Below are positions 52,568 to 61,637 of a stretch of 64,000 nucleotides of DNA, piece by piece. The DNA comes from an uncultured Proteiniphilum sp. (GTDB taxonomy: Bacteria; Bacteroidota; Bacteroidia; Bacteroidales; Dysgonomonadaceae), in NCBI GenBank assembly GCA_964607405.1, contig CAZSKF010000001.1, positions 1,140 to 65,139 of the forward strand. The letters are read 5' to 3'. The notes under the pieces were generated by a model that saw only the letters and a program-made list of their open reading frames with translations, searched no databases and was not told where the DNA came from. Every line of letters starts with the position of its first letter. The first letter of the stretch is position 1. A program made the translations under genes and the position numbers.

Positions 52568-53947
52568 CTACTTTGCAGGCTTCAACTCAATAGTAAAATG
52601 CCTCATAATTGGCTCCTCATTTTCTATTTCATAACCAGAGGTTATAGACTCTCTCCTATCATATACATTCTTCAAAGCAGCAGCCACTACATTCATATGA
52701 TTATTTGTGTAAGTACGCCTTGGAATAGCTAAACGCAGCAGCTCAAGTTCAGGATATCTATTCTCACGTGTTACAGGGTCTCTGTCGGCAAGCAAAGCAC
52801 CAACCTCAACCCCTCTTACACCAGCCTCCAAATATAACTCAATACCTAATGTCTGTGCCACAAACTGCTCTTTGGGAACATGAGTTAGTATCTTCTTGGC
52901 ATCAACAAAAATAGCATGTCCACCGGCAGGACGCTGATAAGGAATACCATAATCATCAAGTAGCGAAGCCAAATATTCAATTTGTTTAATACGAGTTTCC
53001 AAATAATCAAAATCCGTGCCCTCATCAAGACCAACCGCAAGAGCATTCATATCTCTGCCACTCAGTCCGCCATAAGTAAGAAAGCCCTCATTCATTATAC
53101 AAAACTTTTGTGCCTGCTTCCACAACTCTTTCGACTTAAAAGCTACGAAACCACCAATATTAACAATAGCATCCTTTTTTGAAGACATTGTCATAATATC
53201 TGCATACGAAAACATCTCTGCCACAATCTCTTTTATACTTTTAGAAGAATATCCCTCTTCTCTCATTTTTATAAAATAGGCATTTTCGGCAAATCTGGCT
53301 GAATCCATCAAAAGAGGTATATCATACTTTTTACATAGAGCAGAAACTGCTTTAATGTTATCCATAGAAACAGGCTGTCCGCCAGCAGTATTATTTGTAA
53401 CTGTCAATACTACAGCCGGTATTTGTTCGCGTGGATATTGCTTAAGGACCTCCTCTAATTTAGCTGTATCAACATTTCCTTTGAAAGGTATCTCAAGCTG
53501 AGTATCATTAGCCTCAGCAATTGTACAATCAATAGCTGTAGCCTGTCTAAACTCTATATGCCCCTTAGTCGTGTCGAAATGGGAATTACCGGGCAAGATA
53601 TCCCCTTTTTTAATAATGGTAGAAAACAAAATATTCTCTGCTGCGCGACCTTGGTGAGCCGGCAAGAAGTAATCAAAGCCCAGAATATTCTTAATAGTAT
53701 TCTTCAAATTATAATATGATCTGGAACCGGCATAACTCTCATCTCCAATCATCATAGCCGACCATTGATTATCACTAAGAGCACCTGTGCCCGAATCAGT
53801 CAACAAGTCGATAAATACATAATCACTTTTAAGACCAAATAGATTGTATTTAGCCTCTTTAATCCACTCCATACGTTGCTCTCTTGAGCTTCTCTTAATA
53901 ATCTCTACAGTCTTAATTCTGTAAGACTCTGCAAAAGGTAATTTCAT
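52568..53947 (-). CDS. tnaA: Tryptophanase (PLP beta-eliminating lyase)
   Basis: IDLLTDSGT, GDESYAGS, HQGRAAE, MSSKKD (PLP Lys). EVG and RHFT rather than the ERG/RFFT of tyrosine phenol-lyase. Start MKLPFAE at 53947. Confidence 0.88.
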   Translation of the reverse strand: MKLPFAESYRIKTVEIIKRSSREQRMEWIKEAKYNLFGLKSDYVFIDLLTDSGTGALSDNQWSAMMIGDESYAGSRSYYNLKNTIKNILGFDYFLPAHQGRAAENILFSTIIKKGDILPGNSHFDTTKGHIEFRQATAIDCTIAEANDTQLEIPFKGNVDTAKLEEVLKQYPREQIPAVVLTVTNNTAGGQPVSMDNIKAVSALCKKYDIPLLMDSARFAENAYFIKMREEGYSSKSIKEIVAEMFSYADIMTMSSKKDAIVNIGGFVAFKSKELWKQAQKFCIMNEGFLTYGGLSGRDMNALAVGLDEGTDFDYLETRIKQIEYLASLLDDYGIPYQRPAGGHAIFVDAKKILTHVPKEQFVAQTLGIELYLEAGVRGVEVGALLADRDPVTRENRYPELELLRLAIPRRTYTNNHMNVVAAALKNVYDRRESITSGYEIENEEPIMRHFTIELKPAK

Positions 53948-54062
53948 TTTATTTATATGGTTTATAAGGTCGAATGAATTAATATCACCCAACTAGATTT
54001 AAAAAATTATATTTGATTTGAAATTTAGGATATGGTGTAGTAAAGGTTACATAATACACCAC

Positions 54063-54115
54063 AAAAGCTTGTTGTTAGGCCACGCCTGATAAAACGTGAC
54101 CTAATGCAAGGCTTT
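54063..54115 (-). terminator. Imperfect long hairpin between hflX and tnaA (terminator or attenuator)
   Basis: Minus strand AAAGCCTTGCATTAGGTCACG...CGTGGCCTAACAACAAGCTTTT. Confidence 0.5.
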
Positions 54116-54184
54116 ATACATTAAGAATAAAAGAATTCATCTCTCTTTTTGATATTCTTAAATTTGAGCTTTCGCGGAAGTGTT

Positions 54185-55414
54185 TTATATTTGTTCTTCT
54201 TCATAATCCTGATACAGGAAATCATTGTACGGAAATCGCTGAATATGTATTTCCTTAACTTTATTATATATAAGAGTTTTCAACTCGTCAATATTAGTCT
54301 TTTCCTTTGCCGAAATAAACATGCAATTCTCATTAAGCTTACTCATCCACGTTTGCTTCAAGTCATCCAGAGAAAGATTATGCTTATTCATAGGCGTTAA
54401 GTCATCTTCGTCCTTTGCCTCATATTCAAATGCATCTATTTTATTAAACAGAACAATTGTAGGCTTCTCTTCTTTGTCAATCTCAAACAAGGTTCTCTCT
54501 ACTACCTGCATGTGATCTTCAAATGCCGGATGAGAAATATCTACTAAATGAATAAGAATATCTGCTTCTCTAACTTCGTCAAGCGTTGACTTAAAAGACT
54601 CAATAAGCTTTGTAGGTAATTTGCGAATAAAACCAACTGTATCTGTCAGCAAGAATGGAAGATTCTCTATTGTCACCTTTCTAACTGTTGTATCAAGCGT
54701 TGCAAAGAGCTTATTCTCAGCAAATACTTCAGACTTACTCAATAAGTTCATCAATGTTGATTTGCCCACGTTGGTATAACCCACCAAAGCAACTCTAACC
54801 ATCTTACCTCTGTTTTTCCTCTGAACGCTCTTCTGCTTATCAATACTCTTAAGTTCATCTTTCAGTCTAGATATCTTATCAAGAATGATACGACGGTCTG
54901 TTTCCAACTGTGTTTCACCGGGACCACGCATAATCACTCCGCCACCACCACGCTGACGCTCCAAGTGAGTCCACAAACGAGTCAAGCGAGGCAACAGATA
55001 CTCATACTGTGCTAACTCCACCTGCACCTTGGCATGTGCAGTTTGAGCTCTCATCGCAAATATATCTAATATAAGACTTGTTCTATCCAGAATTCTTAAC
55101 TTAAACTCCTTTTCTATATTTCTTATTTGTCGTGCCGATAATTCATCATCAAAGATAACTACCCCCACATCATTGTCTTCATCTTGCACATACTCCCTTA
55201 TCTCCTGAAGCTTTCCTGTACCTACAAAGGTTACAGAGTTAGCCATATCTAGCTTCTGAACGAATCTTTTACTAGGTACCAACCCAGCCGTTTCAGCCAG
55301 AAAAGCAAGCTCATCCAAGTATTCGGTTACAGTCTCTTCATTCTGTTCGGGAGTTATTAATCCTACCAAAACTGCGTTCGTGCTATCTATTTCACTTTTT
55401 ATAAAATCTCTCAT
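54185..55414 (-). CDS. hflX: GTPase HflX
   Basis: GPGETQLETDRR, GYTNVGKS, LFATLD, DTVGFI, NKID. Confidence 0.97.
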   Translation of the reverse strand: MRDFIKSEIDSTNAVLVGLITPEQNEETVTEYLDELAFLAETAGLVPSKRFVQKLDMANSVTFVGTGKLQEIREYVQDEDNDVGVVIFDDELSARQIRNIEKEFKLRILDRTSLILDIFAMRAQTAHAKVQVELAQYEYLLPRLTRLWTHLERQRGGGGVIMRGPGETQLETDRRIILDKISRLKDELKSIDKQKSVQRKNRGKMVRVALVGYTNVGKSTLMNLLSKSEVFAENKLFATLDTTVRKVTIENLPFLLTDTVGFIRKLPTKLIESFKSTLDEVREADILIHLVDISHPAFEDHMQVVERTLFEIDKEEKPTIVLFNKIDAFEYEAKDEDDLTPMNKHNLSLDDLKQTWMSKLNENCMFISAKEKTNIDELKTLIYNKVKEIHIQRFPYNDFLYQDYEEEQI

Positions 55415-55449
55415 ACAATATTTTTATATTTCAAAAACAAAAACTCTTA

Positions 55450-55968
55450 TTAGAACCACAAACCAATCCCAAGCATAAACGCAACTTGAGCATAGTCTTT
55501 CATCGACTGATACTTTATCTCCAAACTAGTTCTTGCTTTATATCGAAAATCATACTGAAAACCAAGGCCTGCATTCAATCCCAAACGTTTATTATATATA
55601 TCTTTATCAGTAAATTCTATTGGTGCTTGCTTGTTTTTCCATTCCGAGTAATGCAAGCCAAAAAGGGGATAAAAAGAAAACTCTGTACCTACAGGAACTA
55701 CGTAATGAATATCTCCATCAATATTCCACATACTCTTATCTTTTAATTCCATATAATATGTTAGAGAAGGAGCTACTCTAAAATTATTAGTCAAATAGTA
55801 ATGAATATCTACTCCCACTCCCGGTCTCTGTATTTCAGAAGCATAGCTAACATGAGCACCCATACCAAAGGTACCATTATATTGGGCGAATGAATTTGCT
55901 GTAGTAATTAAAAGAAAGGTCACTACAAGTAGTATGTTCTTTTTCATATTTATTGTTTTCATATACAA
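55450..55968 (-). CDS. Small outer-membrane beta-barrel protein
   Basis: Signal peptide, alternating aromatic/Gly strands, terminal Phe; start may be at a downstream Met. Confidence 0.8.
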   Translation of the reverse strand: MYMKTINMKKNILLVVTFLLITTANSFAQYNGTFGMGAHVSYASEIQRPGVGVDIHYYLTNNFRVAPSLTYYMELKDKSMWNIDGDIHYVVPVGTEFSFYPLFGLHYSEWKNKQAPIEFTDKDIYNKRLGLNAGLGFQYDFRYKARTSLEIKYQSMKDYAQVAFMLGIGLWF

Positions 55969-56116
55969 AGATAATGAAACAAATGAAACGCAAGGTATAT
56001 TTATTCTAAGATTTTATGTATTATAACAATGCATATCAGCGGTATAGAACCAATGATATGCATTATATTATAGAAATATGAGTATAAAATATACCCACAC
56101 AAATATAGCCCTTAGG

Positions 56117-56743
56117 CTATTTATTATCTGTAAGTCTAGGCAAATCCCAATGGTACTTAACTGCCAATATTCTAATCAGTATTACCAAGGAAGCCGTAGC
56201 AATCTCATTAACCACCATATTTAGGTTCAGAGCATAACCAATAGTAAAGAATATACCTCCAATGACACAAGCAAAGGCGTAAATCTCTTTTCTAAAGATT
56301 AGGGGTATCTGCATTATCATGAGGTCACGAAGCATACCACCAAAAGAGCCTGTAATAGTTCCCATCATAACAGCCACCCATGGCGCAAAGCCTAGTGCAA
56401 GAGCCTTCTCAGTACCCACTACAACAAATAGCCCCAGACCAATACTATCAAATAAAAATATAGTATAATGCAACCTCACTACTCGGGCTTTAAATACCAT
56501 CACAAATATCAAAGCCAACAAAGTTGCCCATAGATACACACTACTAGTCATCCAAAACGGAGTGACACCGAGTAGTAAGTCACGAATTGTTCCACCACCA
56601 ATAGCGGTAAACAAACCTATAGTGAAAGCTCCAAAAAGGTCAATCTTCTTTGATGAGGCGTGCCTCACACCACTGACGGCAAAGGCAAAAGTTCCGATAA
56701 ACTCTATAATGTCAACGAACTGTATGTCTTGAAAGAAATTCAT
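56117..56743 (-). CDS. Trimeric intracellular cation channel (TRIC/UPF0126) family membrane protein
   Basis: GT.AFA.SG, TAIGGGTIRD and GGMLRD duplicated halves. Confidence 0.9.
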   Translation of the reverse strand: MNFFQDIQFVDIIEFIGTFAFAVSGVRHASSKKIDLFGAFTIGLFTAIGGGTIRDLLLGVTPFWMTSSVYLWATLLALIFVMVFKARVVRLHYTIFLFDSIGLGLFVVVGTEKALALGFAPWVAVMMGTITGSFGGMLRDLMIMQIPLIFRKEIYAFACVIGGIFFTIGYALNLNMVVNEIATASLVILIRILAVKYHWDLPRLTDNK

Positions 56744-56804
56744 TTTTTAAACAAATAAAATAACACTAAAACAATCTCAATTATATTCGCTCCTTTTATT
56801 TTAA

Positions 56805-57869
56805 TTATATGATCATTCCGCTTCCCAATACAAGCTTATTGTCCTCATCGTACACAACACCGTATTGACCGGCAGCAATACCCTGAATAGGATCATCTGA
56901 ATGAATACGATACATGTCGCCCACCCTGGAAATTCTTCCGTGAGTAAACTCAGGAGTATGTCGTATTTTGAAAGACACATCTTTCTCACCTTCAAATTCG
57001 CCCCAAACATCTTGAGTTATAAACGAAAAGCCTTGAAGATTCACAACATTCCCATATTGAAACTTAGTATCATACCCTTTAGAGACATAAATAATATTTC
57101 TGTCAACATCCTTTTTGATAACAAACCACGGGCCACCACCTAGTCCCAAGCCTTTGCGCTGTCCTATTGTATGATACCAATATCCTTGATGTCGTCCTAA
57201 TATATTACCCGTTTCTAATTCTACTATAAGCCCCTCTTTTTTACCAAGATATCTACCAATGAAATCATTGTAATTCACTTTTCCCAAAAAGCAAATACCC
57301 TGGCTATCTTTTCTTTTAGCTGAAGGCAGATTGCTTTCCACCGCTATTTGGCGCACCTCCGATTTTAGCAAATCACCAATCGGAAACATTAGTTTCGAGA
57401 CCTGAACATATTCAATCTGTCCCAAAAAGTAAGTTTGGTCCTTAACTTTATCTTTTGAAGTTGATAGCCATGTCTTTCCATCAATCTCGGTTGTAGTGGC
57501 ATAATGCCCTGTTGCGATTTTATCAAAATGGTGTCCCCATTTCTGTTCAAACGTGCCAAACTTAATAAGCTTGTTACACATCATATCCGGGTTTGGTGTC
57601 AATCCACGCTTCACCGAATCGATAGTATATTTTACCACACTATCCCAATATTCTTCATGCAGTGATACAGTCTCAAACCTACAGCCATATTTTTTAGCTA
57701 TAAGTGATACCAGTTCAATATCTTCCTCAGATGGGCAGTCAATATATCCATGCTCATCTTCCATCCCTATTTTAATATAAAACAGTGTGGGATCGTAGCC
57801 CATCTCCTTTAATTGATGCACTACAACAGAGCTATCTACTCCACCCGAAACCAAAGCTGCTATTTCCAT
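56805..57869 (-). CDS. mnmA: tRNA 2-thiouridine(34) synthase
   Basis: [47 protein letters not shown]. Confidence 0.95.
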   Translation of the reverse strand: MEIAALVSGGVDSSVVVHQLKEMGYDPTLFYIKIGMEDEHGYIDCPSEEDIELVSLIAKKYGCRFETVSLHEEYWDSVVKYTIDSVKRGLTPNPDMMCNKLIKFGTFEQKWGHHFDKIATGHYATTTEIDGKTWLSTSKDKVKDQTYFLGQIEYVQVSKLMFPIGDLLKSEVRQIAVESNLPSAKRKDSQGICFLGKVNYNDFIGRYLGKKEGLIVELETGNILGRHQGYWYHTIGQRKGLGLGGGPWFVIKKDVDRNIIYVSKGYDTKFQYGNVVNLQGFSFITQDVWGEFEGEKDVSFKIRHTPEFTHGRISRVGDMYRIHSDDPIQGIAAGQYGVVYDEDNKLVLGSGMII

Positions 57870-58070
57870 TATTTTCCTTTCTATATATAAGTCGCAAAGT
57901 TACAAATAAGTATCAAATAGAACAATAAGGAACCCACACATATTCAATCATAATAAGCCACACCTTTGAGAGAGTCAAAGCAAAAACTGATTTTTCAAAA
58001 TAATGCAAGAAATAAGGGTAGGCATTCATACAAAATGTTTTAAATTTGCAAATTATTAAAATACTTCAAA

Positions 58071-59609
58071 ATGTCAACTACACAACAATCTCATCCCAAA
58101 GGATTATATTTTATTTTCGTAACGGGGATGTCAGAGCGATTTAGCTACTATGGCATGCGTGCCATATTTGTGCTATATCTTATAAACGCCTTGATGCTCG
58201 ACAAAGAATTTGCATCAGCAATATATGGCAACTACACAGGTCTGGTATATCTCACTCCACTTATTGGAGGATACATAGCCGACAGATATTGGGGCATGAG
58301 AAAATCTATTTTCTGGGGTGCTCTTCTAATGGTGCTAGGTCAGTTCCTAATGTTTTTTAGTGCTTTAAACTATGAAAACATTGAATTGGCAAAGTGGCTA
58401 ATGTATGCAGGACTGGGAGGATTGATATTCGGTAACGGATTTTTCAAACCAAACGTTTCATCCATCGTAGGCAGACTATACAAACCTGGTGATAAAAGGC
58501 TTGACTCGGCTTACACCATTTTTTACATGGGCGTAAACGTCGGTGCATTTATGGCACCATTAGTTTGCGGTTTCTTAGGAGATACTGGCAATCCGGCCGA
58601 TTTCAAATGGGGTTTTCTTGTAGCAGCACTCACCATGATTGTAAGTTTAGTAATCTATGTAGCAAAGCAAAACAAATACCTAGTATCGTATGATGGTACA
58701 CCAATTGGCATAATACCAGCACTAAAAGAGGAAAATGCCAAGTCAGCAAAAAAAGATTACGAACCCAAAGAAAAAATAAATCCTGCAAAATTAATTGTAT
58801 GGGCAATTGCGGGAATACTACTATTCTTCTTATTCCACACATGGTTTGATGGCGACATCATCGGTGCGGTAATATACTCGGCATGTATCATCATTCCCGG
58901 ATTTGTAATATCAGATTCATCTCTAACATCAATTGAGAGACAAAGAATTCTGGTTATTTATATCATAGCATTCTTCGTAATATTCTTCTGGTCAGCATTT
59001 GAGCAAGCAGGCATATCACTCACCTACTTTGCCGAAGAACAAACAAACAGAAGTATCTTTGGATGGATAATGCCTGCCAGTTGGTTCCAATCTTTCAATG
59101 CAATCTTTGTAGTACTGTTGGCACCAATATTCTCTACAATGTGGATAAAGCTAGGGCAACGCAATATGGAACCTGCTTCACCCACAAAACAAGCTATAGG
59201 TTTGTTCCTTCTCTCTCTGGGCTATTTACTAATAGCAGTGGGCGTTAGGGATGTTGCTCCAGGCACAAAAGTCAGCATGCTTTGGCTCACTGGGCTTTAC
59301 TTTATTCATACTACAGGCGAGCTAACACTTTCACCTATTGGCTTGTCCATGGTAAACAAACTATCCCCTGCCCGATTTGCATCTCTGCTAATGGGTGTTT
59401 GGTATTTATCAATGGCTACTGCCAACAAATTGGCCGGATCACTTAGCTCTCTTTATCCGGAGGCTGGCAAGAGCAAAATGTTCATAGGTTTTGAGATAAC
59501 CACTCTATATGACTTCTTTATGATTTTTGTGGTTATGTCAGCAATTGCATCATTAATTCTATTCGCATTATCAAAATGGCTACAGAAGCTTATGCATGGC
59601 ATTAGATAG
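58071..59609 (+). CDS. POT/PTR family proton-dependent oligopeptide transporter
   Basis: ERFSYYGMRA, GG..ADR..G, GNGFFKPN, FYMGVNVG; TAAATTTG promoter at 58041. Confidence 0.93.
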   Translation: MSTTQQSHPKGLYFIFVTGMSERFSYYGMRAIFVLYLINALMLDKEFASAIYGNYTGLVYLTPLIGGYIADRYWGMRKSIFWGALLMVLGQFLMFFSALNYENIELAKWLMYAGLGGLIFGNGFFKPNVSSIVGRLYKPGDKRLDSAYTIFYMGVNVGAFMAPLVCGFLGDTGNPADFKWGFLVAALTMIVSLVIYVAKQNKYLVSYDGTPIGIIPALKEENAKSAKKDYEPKEKINPAKLIVWAIAGILLFFLFHTWFDGDIIGAVIYSACIIIPGFVISDSSLTSIERQRILVIYIIAFFVIFFWSAFEQAGISLTYFAEEQTNRSIFGWIMPASWFQSFNAIFVVLLAPIFSTMWIKLGQRNMEPASPTKQAIGLFLLSLGYLLIAVGVRDVAPGTKVSMLWLTGLYFIHTTGELTLSPIGLSMVNKLSPARFASLLMGVWYLSMATANKLAGSLSSLYPEAGKSKMFIGFEITTLYDFFMIFVVMSAIASLILFALSKWLQKLMHGIR

Positions 59610-59642
59610 CATTCAATAACTTTTGTACTAATAAAAACCAAT

Positions 59643-59681
59643 AAAAGGCAGATGTGATAAATTATTATATCTGCCTTTTTT
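59643..59681 (+). terminator. Intrinsic terminator of the POT transporter
   Basis: AAAAGGCAGATGTGATAA-a-TTATTATATCTGCCTTTTTT. Confidence 0.82.
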
Positions 59682-59778
59682 GCTATTTTGTCAATAATAA
59701 TTTAAGATGAACTCATCAAAAATAAAGAGTTCAAAGTATCGTTGCTTGAAAGATTTTGTATAACTTTACAAATTAGTT

Positions 59779-59872
59779 TGCCGAAGGTATATTTAAATTA
59801 CACCACGGCACGGCAACAGGGCGCCTTATCAGGGTGCTGAGAGTTGTCTTTCACCAGTTATATACTGGTTTT
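59779..59872 (+). ncRNA. Candidate structured leader or sRNA upstream of recJ
   Basis: GC-rich island with three consecutive hairpins (TGCCG/CGGCA; GGCAAC/GTTGTC enclosing GGCGCCTT/AGGGTGCT; ACCAGT/ACTGGT plus T run), after a near -7 element TAACTTTA at 59761. Confidence 0.4.
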
Positions 59873-59897
59873 CTACGCAAAAAAAACAATAATATAA

Positions 59898-61610
59898 ATG
59901 ACCTATAAATGGAATTATCTAACCCTAACAACAGACCTAAAAGATAAAATAGATGAACTAACGAAAGAAATACAATTAGATCCAGTACTTATCGAGGTAC
60001 TTCTAAAGAGAGGCATAACCAGTGTTGAGGATGCTAAGCGGTTCTTAAACCCCAGCTTAGACGACTTGCACGATCCTTTCTTAATGCCCGATATGGAAAA
60101 GGCCATTAAGCGCATTGAATCTGCTTTAGGCAACAAAGAGCGCATATTGGTATATGGTGATTACGACGTTGATGGAACTACCGCAGTTTCGTTAGTTTAC
60201 AAGTTTTTGAGGAAAATAACCAATAACATTGATTATTACATTCCTGACAGGAACGATGAAGGGTATGGCATATCAATTCAAGGAATTGACTATGCACTCA
60301 GCACAGATGTCAAGCTTATTATATCATTAGATTGTGGTATAAAGGCGGTTGACAAAGTTGCATACGCAAAAGAAAAAGGCATCGATTTTATAATTTGCGA
60401 TCACCACATGCCGGGTGAAGTACTACCAGACGCAGTTGCGGTAGTTGACGCAAAAAGATCTGACTCAATATATCCCTACAACGAATTATCGGGATGTGGC
60501 GTCGGCTTCAAATTGGTTCATGCATTTAGTATCCGCAACGGGTTCGAGTTCTCAGAGATTGAGCACTTGCTAGACCTCGTAGCAGTTAGTATAGCCGCAG
60601 ACATAGTCCCTATTACAGGCGAAAACAGAGTGCTAATGCACTATGGGCTTAAGCAACTCAACTCCAATCCAAGCTATGGGCTTAGAGGCATAATTGAGAT
60701 TTGCGGACTAAGCAAAAAGCCAATCTCAGTAAATGATATTGCATTTAAAATTGGCCCTCGCATCAATGCTTCAGGCAGAATGATGAATGGAAAAGAGGCT
60801 GTCGAGCTGATGTTGTCAACAGACATGCCACAGGCCAGATTCAAGGCACTGGATATTGACAAATACAACGAAGATAGACGAGAGTTGGACAAAAGAATCA
60901 CTGACGAGGCCTTTGAATATGTAGATAGCATACTAAAAGAAAAGGATTACAAGAGTCTTGTAGTGTATAATGAAGAATGGCACAAAGGCATAATAGGAAT
61001 TGTTGCATCCAGAATAACTGAGAAATATTATCGCCCTGCAGTAATACTCACAAAATCGGGAGATATGATTTCCGGATCGGCTCGTTCCGTCAATAATTTT
61101 GATGTATATAAGGCTATTGAATCATGCAAAGATCTTCTTGAGAACTTTGGAGGGCATACATACGCTGCAGGCCTAACACTGAAGGAAGAAAACTTTCCTG
61201 AGTTTAAACGCAGATTTGAGTCTATATCTTTCAAAGAAATCAACTCTAAAACAATGCGCCCGCAAATATTAGTTGATGCAATAATCCAGTTTGATAGAAT
61301 CAACAACAAGTTTGTTCAAGATCTGGCTCTATTCAGTCCCTTTGGTCCCGACAATGAGAACCCCGTGTTTGTTTCCGAAAATGTATTAGACTCAGGTGGC
61401 AGCAAACTCGTAGGCAGAGGCTTCCATCACATCAAGCTGGAGGTAGTTGACGAAACAATTGACACACCTATGCAAGCCATAGCATTCAGCTCGGACACTC
61501 ATTTCAAAAAGATAAAAGAGAAACAACCAATTAGCATTTGCTACACAATTGAAGAGAATAGGCATGGTGCAAAATCATTTACACAGTTAATGATAAAAGA
61601 CATCAAATAA
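59898..61610 (+). CDS. recJ: Single-stranded-DNA exonuclease RecJ
   Basis: YGDYDVDG, DCG, CDHH, GPRINASGR, GSARS, FGGH. Confidence 0.97.
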   Translation: MTYKWNYLTLTTDLKDKIDELTKEIQLDPVLIEVLLKRGITSVEDAKRFLNPSLDDLHDPFLMPDMEKAIKRIESALGNKERILVYGDYDVDGTTAVSLVYKFLRKITNNIDYYIPDRNDEGYGISIQGIDYALSTDVKLIISLDCGIKAVDKVAYAKEKGIDFIICDHHMPGEVLPDAVAVVDAKRSDSIYPYNELSGCGVGFKLVHAFSIRNGFEFSEIEHLLDLVAVSIAADIVPITGENRVLMHYGLKQLNSNPSYGLRGIIEICGLSKKPISVNDIAFKIGPRINASGRMMNGKEAVELMLSTDMPQARFKALDIDKYNEDRRELDKRITDEAFEYVDSILKEKDYKSLVVYNEEWHKGIIGIVASRITEKYYRPAVILTKSGDMISGSARSVNNFDVYKAIESCKDLLENFGGHTYAAGLTLKEENFPEFKRRFESISFKEINSKTMRPQILVDAIIQFDRINNKFVQDLALFSPFGPDNENPVFVSENVLDSGGSKLVGRGFHHIKLEVVDETIDTPMQAIAFSSDTHFKKIKEKQPISICYTIEENRHGAKSFTQLMIKDIK

Positions 61611-61637
61611 AGAACAAAGAAAAGCAGTATAGAAGAT

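Noticed and set aside
52568-53947. Tyrosine phenol-lyase assignment
   Set aside because: It lacks the TPL-specific Arg (ERG) and Phe (RFFT) and has the tryptophanase-type RHFT.
59812-59850. TPP riboswitch suggested by GGGTGCTGAGAG
   Set aside because: There is no downstream CCTGA...TAATxC...GCGxAGG core, and recJ is unrelated to thiamine.
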